Of a DNA stretch of 64,000 nt, positions 44,734-54,597 are shown one piece after another. The number at the start of each line of letters is the position of its first letter. Within the stretch, counting starts at the first letter, position 1. Source of the DNA: Planctomycetia bacterium (GTDB lineage: Bacteria; Planctomycetota; Planctomycetia; JALXBF01; JBGPMX01); assembly GCA_036758585.1 (NCBI GenBank), contig DAIOWH010000001.1, forward strand, positions 98,462-162,461. The letters are read 5' to 3'. The notes under the pieces are model-generated. The model was given only the letters and a program-made list of their open reading frames with translations, was not told the origin of the DNA and made no database searches. The translations under genes and the position numbers were made by a program.

Positions 44734-47174
44734 CTAGTCGACGCGCCCGACTTCGTTGACTTCCTCGGGTTCGAGGGCACGAAGGACCAGGAGAGTGAAG
44801 TCGTCGAACTGCTGGCTAGTGGCACAGTATTCTTGGACGCTCTGCTGAATGCGGGCGGCAAGTTCTGCGGCGGGTTGGGCGTGATGCTCGCGGACCAGGT
44901 GTTCGAGCCGCGCGCGACCAAACGGTTCGCCAGCCGGGTTCATCGCATCGAGCGCCCCATCGGAGAACGCAACCATGACGTCGCCGGGGACCAGCGTAAT
45001 CTCGTCCTGCTCGATTGGGTTTTCCGGTTCCACGCCAAGCGGCCGGCCACGTGTGTCGAGCGCAGCGAGTACGCCGGTCGACGACCGATACAGGATAGCC
45101 GCCGGGTGGCCCGCCGAAGCGAACTGCAGCCGACCGCTCGGCACGGTCAACACGGCGCAGAACATCGTCGTGAATGCGGCTTCGAGCGACTGGACCTGAA
45201 ACAGCGTGTGGTTGGTCCGCCGCAACACCACGCCGGGCGACGGGCTATCCTGCAGGTGGCTCAGCGCGAGCGAACGGGCCTCGTTCACCAGGAACGCCGC
45301 AGGCAGCCCCTTGCCGCACGCGTCGCCGATGAGCAAGCCCCAGCGAATGTCCGACAGGGCGTGCCAATCGTAAAAGTCGCCGCCGACCTCGCGTGCCGGC
45401 ATGCACAACCCCGCCAGGTCAAACCCCGTTATCTGTGGCGCTGCGGCCGGTAAGATGCGTCGCTGCAAACTGGCGGCCAGTTCCTCTCGTAGGTCAGCCG
45501 TTCCTTTTCGGCCGTAGTCCGTTCGAGCGCGGCGATCGATCGCCGCAACTGCCGCGACATCTCGTTGAACGTCGCCGCCAACTCGCCGATCTCGTCGTGG
45601 CCGTGTACGACCGCTTCGATCTCGACATCCAGCCGGCCGGCCTGCCGAACGGTGCGAGTCAACTCGCTGATCGGCTGTTCCACCGTGCGAGCCAAGTAGC
45701 CGCCGATCATGAGCGCGGCGAACAGCGCCAGCGTCGTGATCACCGCCGTCGGATTGCGGCGCTCCGCGAGCGCCTCTTTCACGCCGTACACTTGCGGAAT
45801 CATCAGCCCCAACTTCCAGCCGGTGGGCCGCAATGTCCGCCAATGGCGCAGCAGCGTGGCGCCGTCCACAACCTCCATCGCGTCGCCGTCGTCCTCGGTG
45901 GGTTCGACGACGCCAAACCGATCGGTCTGCAGCAGCGTCTGACCGTCCGAACCAAACAGGGCGTACTCGTAGCGCTGCCGCGAGGCCGACGCAAAGACGT
46001 ACTGCTCCAACTCGTCGAGCACGATCGAGTCGATCACCACGGTGCCCGCCTGGGCGCCGCCGGGCACGAGTCGCATCAGGTTGATCGCTCGACGCCGCTC
46101 AGGCGGTGGGCCGGGGCCAGTCTGAACGGCGGTCTTGCCCGTGGTCATCGTCTGCATCACCGCGTTGTCAATGCGGTGCGACTCCTGAATCTCCGCGAGC
46201 TGAGCCGTTTGCATCGTCGGCGCCAGGCTGGTCATGATCGGCGAGAGGGGAAGATGGCCGGGCGACAACGACTCTGGCGATGGCGACGCAGCCAGATTGG
46301 CGACGTACCGCGCCACAGCCGATTCATGCGTGGCCAGCACTTGCCGCAGGTCACGATCGATCTGCTCTGCCAACTCCGACTGAACGGTGCGAACCCTCAG
46401 GCGAGCCTGGCGATAGTCGTCCCACAAGTGCACCGCGACGACCAACAGCAGCGGCAAGAACCCGGCAGCCGACAACCCCAACAGGATCTTGACGATGATC
46501 GGCTGATGGCGAAACCGACGCATCGACGGCTCCCGTCCCGCCGCCGACTGCCACCAGCCGCGACAGAACAGACTGGATCGAGTGATCACCGGCGACAGCG
46601 TGCGCAACAGGGGCAAGCCCAACACCAAACACGGACCCGCACCGGCCGCAAACCACGCCACGACGTGAGCGAGCCAGCGGCTCGGCCGCCAGTTGTCGAC
46701 GTCTGCTAGCGCGAGCGAAGTCGTCCCGATCGCCGCGGCGATCAGGTTGCCGAGGCCGACGACAACCACAAGGTAAACCAGCCGGTCGCGTCGCAGGCGC
46801 AATCGAGGATCGCGCCGAGAATAACGGAACCAAAACGCAGGCAACCCGCTTAGCACGAGGTCCGCCAGCACGCGCCCGGGTAGGTTGTCGGGTCCCGTCA
46901 GCGATCGCACAATGGCGGGAAAGATAACGCCCGCAACGACGCCCCATGCGCCGAACCATATCCCCGCGACCACCTGAATCGCGACCGCCGGCGTGAACCC
47001 GCTGGGCGTTTCGTGAACCGGGAAGCTCAGCGTACCCAGGCCGCCGACCACCGTGCCGACGGCGATCGTTCCAGCCAACGCGAAGATGTGCCGTGACCCC
47101 ACACTCAGCGTCGTGTCGGGCGGTACATCCCACACGCTTCCGCGCGACTTGTTCAATTCGTTGGTGACGGCCAA
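44734..47174 (-). pseudogene. Membrane sensor-HAMP-PP2C (SpoIIE/RsbU-like) serine phosphatase, split by a single frameshift into 581-aa and 369-aa ORFs (genuine pseudogene or 1-nt sequence error)
   Basis: The upstream ORF (45429-47174) has multiple TM helices and a HAMP-like IGELAATFNEMSRQLRRSIAALERTTAEKERL. The downstream ORF (44734-45843) has a PP2C core (GDFYDW...LLIGDACGKG...FSDGALDA...DDFTLLV). Its first ~110 codons are Arg-rich out-of-frame read-through. The canonical post-HAMP motif LREELAASLQRRILP appears only in the second frame. Junction at about 45485-45515. Confidence 0.6.
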
Positions 47175-47358
47175 GGCAAGTTGCTCGTTCCGAGAGAAGT
47201 AGACCCACTGTAGATGGTCAACACGCGGAGGATTCTAGCGGGATCGTCCGCGAATGTCAGAGCCAAAGTATAAGTCGACGCACGGCGGAGTCATCTGAGT
47301 ACAGGACGCCAACGTGAATTGTCGGCAAGGCGAGCCATTGGTAAGAATGGATCGACGC

Positions 47359-47432
47359 GCGCCCGTAGCTCAACCGGATAGAGCAGCGGATTTCTAATCC
47401 GCCGGTTGCAGGTTCGACTCCTGCCGGGCGTA
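47359..47432 (+). tRNA. tRNA-Arg (anticodon TCT)
   Basis: Manual cloverleaf: acceptor GCGCCCG/CGGGCGT (G1-U72 wobble), D-arm GCTC-aaccggata-GAGC, anticodon arm GCGGA-tTtCTAa-TCCGC, variable loop cggtt, T-arm GCAGG-TTCGAct-CCTGC, discriminator A. CCA is not encoded. Confidence 0.85.
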
Positions 47433-47441
47433 CTTGGCTGG

Positions 47442-49748
47442 TTACTTGGAGTCGGTGGCGGCCTCCGAAAGGTCGACGATGCCGAGGTCGATGTACTGCC
47501 CGCCGCCGGTTTGATGGCAGTGGACGGCGAGCGTGTTCTTGCCGGCTTTGAGCGTCTTGCGAGCGGCCTCATCGAGCGGCACTTCGACGTACTGCGTCGT
47601 GTAGCCGGTGACTTGTGCGATCAACTCGCCGTTCAAAAACACTTCGGCGTCTTCGTCGTGATGGATTCGCAATGCGAGTTCGTGGACCGCCATGAATGGC
47701 TTACCATCGCCGGCAATGTCGAACTCGCGACGCAGCCAGATGTCGTTCGTCTTCCAAGGCGTCTTCACGACGCTGCCGGGTGTTGACGGTTCGCCGAAAC
47801 CGCCGGGGCCGGACTTCCACGACGAATCGTCGAAGTCGGACTTCTGCCAGCCGTCGGCTGGTTTGTCGGCCGTGTATCGCCACGTCTGAGCGGTGTGCTC
47901 CGACGTCGGGACAAGCGTCGTAACCTTCGGCGGCGGCAGGTAGAGCTTGCGAGCGGCCTTGGCGATCACATCGGCGTCCATCTTCAACACGGTTCGGTCG
48001 TAGGTCATCAGGCCGTTGACTTCGATTTCGACGTCGGTCGTTTGCGTGTACACGGCCGCGCTGACTCCTTGACCGATCATGGGCCGCAGCGCGCCGAGCA
48101 ACCCGACGTAGGCTCGCTGCAAGTCCTCGCTCTTCGTGAAGGAGCGATAGCCCCAGTTCTTTTCGTCTTGCCAGGTGTGTCCCTTGATCGGCAGGCCGAG
48201 GCCGCCGAACTCACCGAGCACGGCGGCCCGGTCGGCGGTCGGTTTCGGGGCGAACGGGCCGGGGTAGCGATGCACGTCGATGACGTCGCCGACCGGGAAG
48301 TCATTGCCGCCCGACGCGCAGTTCACGAGCCGGGTCGGATCGTGCTCTTTGGTCCACTTCGTGACGGCGACCGTGTTGGCCTGCCCCCAGCCTTCGTTGA
48401 ACGGCACCCACATCACGATGCTGGGATGATTCCGCAGCGAATCGATGATCGCCTGCCACTCGCGGTTGAAGTTGTCGGCCGATTCCGGCAAGCGAGTTGT
48501 CTCGGTGTTGTCGTGCCGGCCGAACGGGTCCCACTTCGCGTGTTTGTCGCCGCTGGGCATGTCCTGCCACACGAGCATCCCCAGCTTGTCGCAGTGATAG
48601 TACCACCGAGCCGGCTCGACCTTCACATGCTTGCGAATCATGTTGAAGCCCAGTTTTCTGGTTTGCTCGATGTCGTAACGGAGCGCTTCGTCGGTCGGCG
48701 CGGTGTAGAGTCCATCCGGCCAAAAGCCTTGATCGAGCGGCCCGTACTGGAAGAGCGGCTTGTTGTTGAGCAGGATGCGAGTCACTCCCGCTTCGTCTTT
48801 GCCGAGTGAGATCTTGCGCAGGCCGAAGTAGCTCCGCACGGAATCGACCACCTTGTCATCGCGGCTGAGTTCCACGCGGAGGTCGTAGAGGAACGGGTCG
48901 GCGGGCGACCATGGCCGCACGATCGGAACCTCGACGGCCAGGTCCTCGACTTCGTCGATCGAACCGTCGGGAATCAGCTCTACCCCCGTGGCCTTGTCAT
49001 TCGCTTCAACCCACACACTTGGCGAAAGTCCTGCCCGTGGTCCGGCGACTTGCACGGCGACGCGCACCAACTTCGCGTCGAGGTCGGGAGTGATCGTGAG
49101 AGACGCGATCCGCGACTCGGGCACCGGCTCGAGCCACGCGGTCTGCCAGATACCGGTGGTGGGCGTGTACCAGATGCCATGCGGGTTCAGGTGTTGTTTA
49201 CCGATCGGTTGGTAGCCGGCGGTGGTCGGGTCCCAGACGCTCACGACTAACTCCTGGTCGCCCGCAGAGGCGAGCGCATCGGTGATGTCGAAAGTGAACG
49301 GGTCGTAGCCGCCGCGGTGCGAGCCCACTTGCTTGCCGTTCACCCAAACAGTTGTGTCCCAATCGACGGCGCCGAAGTGCAACAGCAGTCGTGCGCCTTG
49401 CAGTTGGGGCGGCGCGAACGTTCGGCGATACCACAGCCGGTTGTCCGGCCCAACCTGTTTCATGACGCCCGACAGCGCGGCCTCAACCGGGAACGGCACG
49501 AGTATCTTGCCGTCGAATCGCTCGGGCCGCGGCTGGTCCTTGGGTCGAATGGCGTATTGCCACAGTCCGTTCAGGTTAACCCATCGGTCTCGAACCATCT
49601 GCGGCCGCGGGTATTCGGGATGCACGCGGTCGGGCGATACGTCTTTGGCCCATCGCGTCATGAGTCGCCCGGCGGCCGGCGTCCACTCGTCGGCTGACGC
49701 AGGACTGATTCCGATTGCGGACAGCAAGATCAGGGTTTGCGAGAGCAT
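47442..49748 (-). CDS. Secreted glycoside hydrolase family 2 (beta-galactosidase/beta-mannosidase-like)
   Basis: 768 aa. Signal peptide MLSQTLILLSAIGISPASA. N-terminal sugar-binding jelly-roll (LNGLWQYAIRP). TIM-barrel motifs FNMIRKHVKVEP...LGMLVWQDMP and WVPFNEGWG (GH2 acid/base region). Confidence 0.8.
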   Translation of the reverse strand: MLSQTLILLSAIGISPASADEWTPAAGRLMTRWAKDVSPDRVHPEYPRPQMVRDRWVNLNGLWQYAIRPKDQPRPERFDGKILVPFPVEAALSGVMKQVGPDNRLWYRRTFAPPQLQGARLLLHFGAVDWDTTVWVNGKQVGSHRGGYDPFTFDITDALASAGDQELVVSVWDPTTAGYQPIGKQHLNPHGIWYTPTTGIWQTAWLEPVPESRIASLTITPDLDAKLVRVAVQVAGPRAGLSPSVWVEANDKATGVELIPDGSIDEVEDLAVEVPIVRPWSPADPFLYDLRVELSRDDKVVDSVRSYFGLRKISLGKDEAGVTRILLNNKPLFQYGPLDQGFWPDGLYTAPTDEALRYDIEQTRKLGFNMIRKHVKVEPARWYYHCDKLGMLVWQDMPSGDKHAKWDPFGRHDNTETTRLPESADNFNREWQAIIDSLRNHPSIVMWVPFNEGWGQANTVAVTKWTKEHDPTRLVNCASGGNDFPVGDVIDVHRYPGPFAPKPTADRAAVLGEFGGLGLPIKGHTWQDEKNWGYRSFTKSEDLQRAYVGLLGALRPMIGQGVSAAVYTQTTDVEIEVNGLMTYDRTVLKMDADVIAKAARKLYLPPPKVTTLVPTSEHTAQTWRYTADKPADGWQKSDFDDSSWKSGPGGFGEPSTPGSVVKTPWKTNDIWLRREFDIAGDGKPFMAVHELALRIHHDEDAEVFLNGELIAQVTGYTTQYVEVPLDEAARKTLKAGKNTLAVHCHQTGGGQYIDLGIVDLSEAATDSK

Positions 49749-49790
49749 CTGGGTCCTGCACGATTTCGGTCGGGGCGGGCCGCTGCGAAC

Positions 49791-52700
49791 CTACTGCGTC
49801 TCGACCGTCACGGCCATCACGACGGGGGCCGTGGCGTCGGGGCCCTTCACCAACTCGATCCGTTCGATCGTGTCGGTGCGCTTCGGTTGAACGGCGAGGT
49901 AGCGAATCTGCTGGCCGCGCAGGCGGAACGCGAGCTTCGACTGCGGCACATCGACGACGCGAATGTAGTCGGCGAAGTGGACGCCGTTCTTCAGTTCGTG
50001 GTCTTCGGTCGCGCCGTCGGCGTAGTGCAAGCGCACGATCATCGACACGGTCTCGTCGCGATTGAACGGGAACGCCCAGCCGCCCACGCCCGAGAGCAAG
50101 TGAATCGCTCGCGCCGGCGCGTTGCACGGCAGCGTCACCGACCTGGGCATCTTGGGGGGCAGCGCGCCCTGTGGACCGTTGAGCAGAACGGCGTTCTTCA
50201 CGCGGTCGCCCTGCGGATCGACCAGCACGAACGGCACGCCCTCGACCGTCTTTGGCGACCAGTCGCGGAAGATGAGTCGCTCGACGTCGGAGTCTTCGTT
50301 GATGAACATGCCGCGCGTGCTGACGACCGTGGCGACCTTGGCGAGGTCGAGCGGCAGATACTTGCCGCGGGCGGCGAGAAACTCCAGCAGGTTCACGAGT
50401 TCCTCGCGAGTGATCTGTTTCTCGAACCCCTCGGGCATGAGCGATTTCGGCGATTCGAGCAACTCCTCGACGTCCTCGCGCAGTACGATCTGCTTCTTGC
50501 CCTCGGGGTCGAACAGTTCGAGCGCGGTCTTTGTTTCCGAGGCCAAGAGGCCGGTGAGCACGCGGCCGTCTTTGGTGGCAACCAGGTACGCGCGGTAGTT
50601 GCCCTCGACCGAGCGGCTGGGGTCGAGGATGTTCGTTAGGAGTTCGATCTTCGGGTGTACGGCCATGCCGGTGAGGTCCGGGCCGACTTTCGACCCTTCG
50701 CCCGAATGCGTGTGGCACTTGGCACAATGTTTGGTGAACGCCGCCTTGCCCGCGGCCACGTCGCCTGTTTCCTTCGTGATCGGCTCGAACTCCTCCATCA
50801 CCTTCTGCCGGTCCGGGTTCGGCAGGCGTCCCTTGCGCGCGAGCACCGTCTTCGCCCGCTCCGCGATCGCCTTGTTGGGATGCCCGGCCAGCGTCGTCGC
50901 CTGGTCCGACGCCAGATCGGTCGAATCGACCTTGCCCGCTTCAATCGCATCGAGCAGCGCCTTCGACCACGCCGGCCGCTTCACGAGTGCCGCCAGGGCC
51001 GCCCGTCGCGTCGCGGGAGTCAGCGACGGCCAGCGCTCGAGGATCGCCGCGCCGACTTCGTCCGAGCCGCTTTCGCCGAGCGCTTCGATGATGCCGCCGG
51101 ACAGCGCGGGACTCGCCGCGGGCGTGACGAGATCGAGCAGCGATTTCATCGACTCATCGTCGCTACCGACGGCAACCAGTTGCCGCGCGGCGGCAACACG
51201 CGACTCGTCTGCGAGTTTTGTATCGCCGATCCGCGTCAGCATCGTCTTTCTGATTCCAGCCGCCGACGCCTCGAACTTGCCGCGAATTCCCATCCGACCG
51301 GCAAGCTTCGCGAGCGCGAGTTGTCCCTGAGGTGATAGCTTGCCGACCATCGCGTCTAGCGCGTCATTGGCGTCCTCGTCAAGTTTCGACCTGTGCTCCG
51401 ATGACCAACCGGCAGCGAGTCCAGCGACTGCCGCATCGGCAACGATCGGAACTTCCGAAGCGCTCAGTGAACGAATCACGACGCCGATATCCTCGTCATC
51501 AGGTTTGCGACGTGCGAAGTTTTCGGCAACGGTGCGTACGGCGTCGGTGACTCGTTTCGTTGACGCTACATCCGACTTCAAATTCAGCGCAGCCGCGGAA
51601 AGAAATCCCACGTCACTCTTGGCGCCCGCAACAATGGCGGCCAATGGGATCCACGGATCAGAAGCACTCTGTGGTTCCGAAAGGAACCTCGCGGCGTTCT
51701 CACCTGAAACCGTGGACGGTTCTGAATTCGCGCTGAACAGGAGCATTGCCAATCGCTCCTTCGGATGACCAGCCACGTAACGGTCCCGCTGCGGCGGTAA
51801 AAGTATGCCGTTGAGTCGCGGTGTCTCGGCGAGGCCCTCCTCAGTCTGATGGGCGTGAAGTGCCGAGAGTTCAATCGCTGTCGGAAGCCCATCGGCCTTT
51901 CGACCCACCTTGTCTCTCACGTAGCTCATCAGAGTCTCGTGGAGCTGCGGCGCCAGTTCTTTCCGCTTGCTTTCGACGAGCAACCGTTGCGCAGTCAGGC
52001 GCACCCACATGTTCTTGTCCGAAAAGGCGGCAAGAAGTTGCTCCGGCGTCGCGCGGTCGAGTCGAATGGGCGGCTGGGGTCGAGTCTTCGAGCCCCCAGC
52101 CTTTTCGTTAGCGTAGTGCAGGCGGCCCGCCTGCAATGTCGTCAAAGGAAACCGCAGGCGATCCGCCTGCACTACGACTTCCTTGGGAGTCGCTTTGTCG
52201 CCCGCAGCCTGGGTGCTCGAAGAATCGACCCCAGCCACCCCAACGCTGGACGATTTCTCCGCGTCGTGCACGACGCGATAAATCCGCCCGTGCGTTTGGT
52301 CGCGGAGTGGAGTTTCGTAGGCGTTGCCGCGGCCGGTCTTGAAGCCGGCGGGCGTGGGGTTGTGCTGAATGATGTAGTTGTACCAGTCGAGGATCCAGAC
52401 GGCGCCGTCCGGACCGACCTTGGCATCGACCGGGCCGAACCACGGGTCGGTCGAGGCCACGAGGTTCCAGCCGTCGCGGGCGATGAAGCCGGAACCGTTC
52501 GGCACGAGCCAGTCGATGTGCACCAGCCGCGCGGTCGGCTCGCAGACGAACACGGCGCGGTTCCAATATTCCGGCGGGAAGCTGCGGGCTGTGTACACCT
52601 CGCAGCCGGCCGCGGCCGTGAACCCGCCGTGCCAGTCCATCTGACGGAAGTCGCCGACGATCGGGTGTACCTTATTGTGGTCCTGGATTCCGGCGCTGCC

Positions 52701-54500
52701 GACGCCGTGCCAGCCGCGGACCATCTCGAAGTAGCGGTTCGGGATCGCCATGTGGACGAGATGCTGGTTGTTCGCCGTCGAGCAGAACACGTCGCCGGTC
52801 TCGCTGAAGCCGAGGCCCCAGGTGTTGTTCGAGGTGGGGGTGATGACCTCGAAGGCGGTGACGCGGGGGAGAGATTGCTGATTGCTAATTGCTGATTGCT
52901 GATTGCCAGATTTCGTCACTTGCGTCTCTTCCGTCCTTCTTGTCCCGGAAGAAACCTCGGTCGACCCACCGTTTAGTTTGAAGCGAAAGATGCACTGGCG
53001 GAACGAAATCTCTTCCTCCCTCTCCCCGTCTGCGGGGAGAGGGTTGGGGTGAGGGGTAGTCGGCACGTTGTTCGAGTTCACTAGTTTTTTTGCTTGCTCC
53101 CCAGACCCCTCACCCCGGCCCTCTCCCCGCAGACGGGGAGAGGGAGCAGTCGTGACGGCGGAGGCCGGCCGCGTCACTTTCACTTTGCCGCCGGAGTAGC
53201 CGCACACGCCCCAAATCCAGTTGTCGAGGCCGTAGCGCAGGTTCGAGGTGACGGCGTGCGTGTCGCCGCGGCCGAAGCCGGTGAGGATGATCTCGCGCAC
53301 GTCGGCCCGGTCGTCGCCGTCGGTGTCCTTGAGGAACAGGAGGTGCGGGGCGCACGCGACCACGACTCCGCCGTGCGTGTTCACGATCGCGGTCGGGATG
53401 TTCAGCTTGTCGGCGAACACGGTGAACTTGTCGGCGCGGCCGTCTTGGTTGGTGTCTTCGCAAATCTTGATCTGGTCGTTGCCGTTTTGGTGCGGGTCGT
53501 CGAGCAGCTTGTTCGGGTAGTCGACGCTCTCGATGATCCAGAGACGTCCGCGTTCGTCCCATGAACCGGCCATCGGCTTCTTGATGTCCGGTTCGGCGGC
53601 GAACAGTTCCGCGCGGAACCCTTCCGGCATGTGCATATGTTTGATGGATAGTTCGGGCGGCAGCGGCTTGGCGATCTTGTTCAGGTTCTCGCCCTGTGTG
53701 CCCCACTTCTGGCCGGGGGTGTAGTGAGGAATCGGCGCGCCGGCGTCGACGTATTCGAGTGGCGGCAGGTCGTCGGTCAGGCGGCCGGTCGCCCAGCGGA
53801 TGCCATTCTCGACGAGCTTGTGAAACTGCGGTTGCCCGAAAGTTTTTTCATCGTGGCCGAGCGCAGTGTAGAAGACGCGGCCTTTGCCTTGCTGACGTAC
53901 CCAGCAACTCGGCTCATAGCCGCCCGCCTCGTCGCGTACCATCACCGCCTGAATGTCGGCGGCGACATCGGAGTGCGTGTAATCCTCGTCTGTGACCTCG
54001 AATCCGCTGAGTCCGCGCACGGCGGGATGCTGTGCGTCGATGATCCGAGTTTGGAACTTGCGGAACCCGTGCTTCGAGAACCGGCCGCCGACAAGAGACA
54101 CATACCTTGTGCTCGATCCGAAACATGCGGACGCACAGTGCAACGGGACGAATCCCTTGCCGCCCTCGACGAACTCAACCAGCGCCGCTTCCTGCTCGGC
54201 CGACATTGTGGTGTGATTGGCGTACACGACCAGTCCGTCGTATTCGCCGAGCGTCTTTGCGTTCAAGTCGGCGACGCGATCGGTGTAAGTCAGCTTGATG
54301 CCGCGCTCGGCCAGCACAGGCTCGATCTGCTTGAACCGGGCGGCCGGCCGGTGGTGGCCGTTGTCGCCAAGGAATAGGATGCGGATCGGCGTCTGCTCGC
54401 CGGGGTCCTCGGCGCCCGACCAGGCCAACGTCGCACCGCCCAAGAGCAATAGTGTCGTGACAGTAACGGCACGGCTGAGATTACGCATGGATCTCTCCAC
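49791..54500 (-). CDS. PVC-type fusion protein: ThuA-like (class-I glutamine-amidotransferase-like) domain + putative membrane-bound dehydrogenase beta-propeller + HEAT repeats + CxxCH cytochrome c domain (1569 aa)
   Basis: Signal peptide MRNLSRAVTVTTLLLLGGATLAWS. ILFLGDNGHH...ALGHDEKTF (ThuA-like). Propeller segments (WIIESVDYPN.., WILDWYNYIIQHNPTP..). Long HEAT/ARM-like helical region. CAKCHTHSG heme-binding motif at about 50711-50725 followed by LMPEGFE. This architecture is characteristic of Planctomycetes/Verrucomicrobia. Confidence 0.85.
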   Translation of the reverse strand: MERSMRNLSRAVTVTTLLLLGGATLAWSGAEDPGEQTPIRILFLGDNGHHRPAARFKQIEPVLAERGIKLTYTDRVADLNAKTLGEYDGLVVYANHTTMSAEQEAALVEFVEGGKGFVPLHCASACFGSSTRYVSLVGGRFSKHGFRKFQTRIIDAQHPAVRGLSGFEVTDEDYTHSDVAADIQAVMVRDEAGGYEPSCWVRQQGKGRVFYTALGHDEKTFGQPQFHKLVENGIRWATGRLTDDLPPLEYVDAGAPIPHYTPGQKWGTQGENLNKIAKPLPPELSIKHMHMPEGFRAELFAAEPDIKKPMAGSWDERGRLWIIESVDYPNKLLDDPHQNGNDQIKICEDTNQDGRADKFTVFADKLNIPTAIVNTHGGVVVACAPHLLFLKDTDGDDRADVREIILTGFGRGDTHAVTSNLRYGLDNWIWGVCGYSGGKVKVTRPASAVTTAPSPRLRGEGRGEGSGEQAKKLVNSNNVPTTPHPNPLPADGEREEEISFRQCIFRFKLNGGSTEVSSGTRRTEETQVTKSGNQQSAISNQQSLPRVTAFEVITPTSNNTWGLGFSETGDVFCSTANNQHLVHMAIPNRYFEMVRGWHGVGSAGIQDHNKVHPIVGDFRQMDWHGGFTAAAGCEVYTARSFPPEYWNRAVFVCEPTARLVHIDWLVPNGSGFIARDGWNLVASTDPWFGPVDAKVGPDGAVWILDWYNYIIQHNPTPAGFKTGRGNAYETPLRDQTHGRIYRVVHDAEKSSSVGVAGVDSSSTQAAGDKATPKEVVVQADRLRFPLTTLQAGRLHYANEKAGGSKTRPQPPIRLDRATPEQLLAAFSDKNMWVRLTAQRLLVESKRKELAPQLHETLMSYVRDKVGRKADGLPTAIELSALHAHQTEEGLAETPRLNGILLPPQRDRYVAGHPKERLAMLLFSANSEPSTVSGENAARFLSEPQSASDPWIPLAAIVAGAKSDVGFLSAAALNLKSDVASTKRVTDAVRTVAENFARRKPDDEDIGVVIRSLSASEVPIVADAAVAGLAAGWSSEHRSKLDEDANDALDAMVGKLSPQGQLALAKLAGRMGIRGKFEASAAGIRKTMLTRIGDTKLADESRVAAARQLVAVGSDDESMKSLLDLVTPAASPALSGGIIEALGESGSDEVGAAILERWPSLTPATRRAALAALVKRPAWSKALLDAIEAGKVDSTDLASDQATTLAGHPNKAIAERAKTVLARKGRLPNPDRQKVMEEFEPITKETGDVAAGKAAFTKHCAKCHTHSGEGSKVGPDLTGMAVHPKIELLTNILDPSRSVEGNYRAYLVATKDGRVLTGLLASETKTALELFDPEGKKQIVLREDVEELLESPKSLMPEGFEKQITREELVNLLEFLAARGKYLPLDLAKVATVVSTRGMFINEDSDVERLIFRDWSPKTVEGVPFVLVDPQGDRVKNAVLLNGPQGALPPKMPRSVTLPCNAPARAIHLLSGVGGWAFPFNRDETVSMIVRLHYADGATEDHELKNGVHFADYIRVVDVPQSKLAFRLRGQQIRYLAVQPKRTDTIERIELVKGPDATAPVVMAVTVETQ
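52874..52908. repeat. Tandem heptamer repeat (ATTGCTG-like x5) inside the PVC dehydrogenase coding sequence
   Basis: attgctg attgcta attgctg attgctg attgcca read directly. It encodes the low-complexity NQQSAISNQQS stretch on the minus strand. Local GC is far below the gene average. Confidence 0.75.
53019..53144. mobile_element. MITE-like insertion inside a coding sequence: near-perfect 39-bp inverted repeat (CCTCTCCCCGTCTGCGGGGAGAGGGTTGGGGTGAGGGGT ... ACCCCTCACCCCGGCCCTCTCCCCGCAGACGGGGAGAGG) flanking a 47-bp AT-rich core, kept in frame
   Basis: The arms at 53019-53058 and 53106-53144 match at 37 of 39 positions as reverse complements, and each arm also contains its own short hairpin. The core (agtcggcacgttgttcgagttcactagtttttttgcttgctcc) is AT-rich relative to the gene. 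Together with the heptamer repeat it adds about 95 low-complexity residues (..RGEGRGEGSGEQ..PHPNPLPADGEREEE..) between propeller segments. Confidence 0.55.
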
Positions 54501-54597
54501 GAACAGTAAAAAACCAAGCCGCCGTCACGCACCGCCGGCACCACGGCGTCCGGGGGCGCGTGAGGGCCACGATTCCCGACTACTTGCGCGAGACAGT

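Noticed and set aside
45429-45843. Programmed ribosomal frameshifting as the explanation for the overlapping PP2C ORFs (and the other split genes)
   Set aside because: No slippery heptamer or downstream pseudoknot recognised. Several unrelated genes in the same segment are similarly split, which favours mutation or sequence error.
47291-47572. 93-aa minus-strand ORF
   Set aside because: Overlaps the tRNA-Arg gene on the opposite strand. Spurious.
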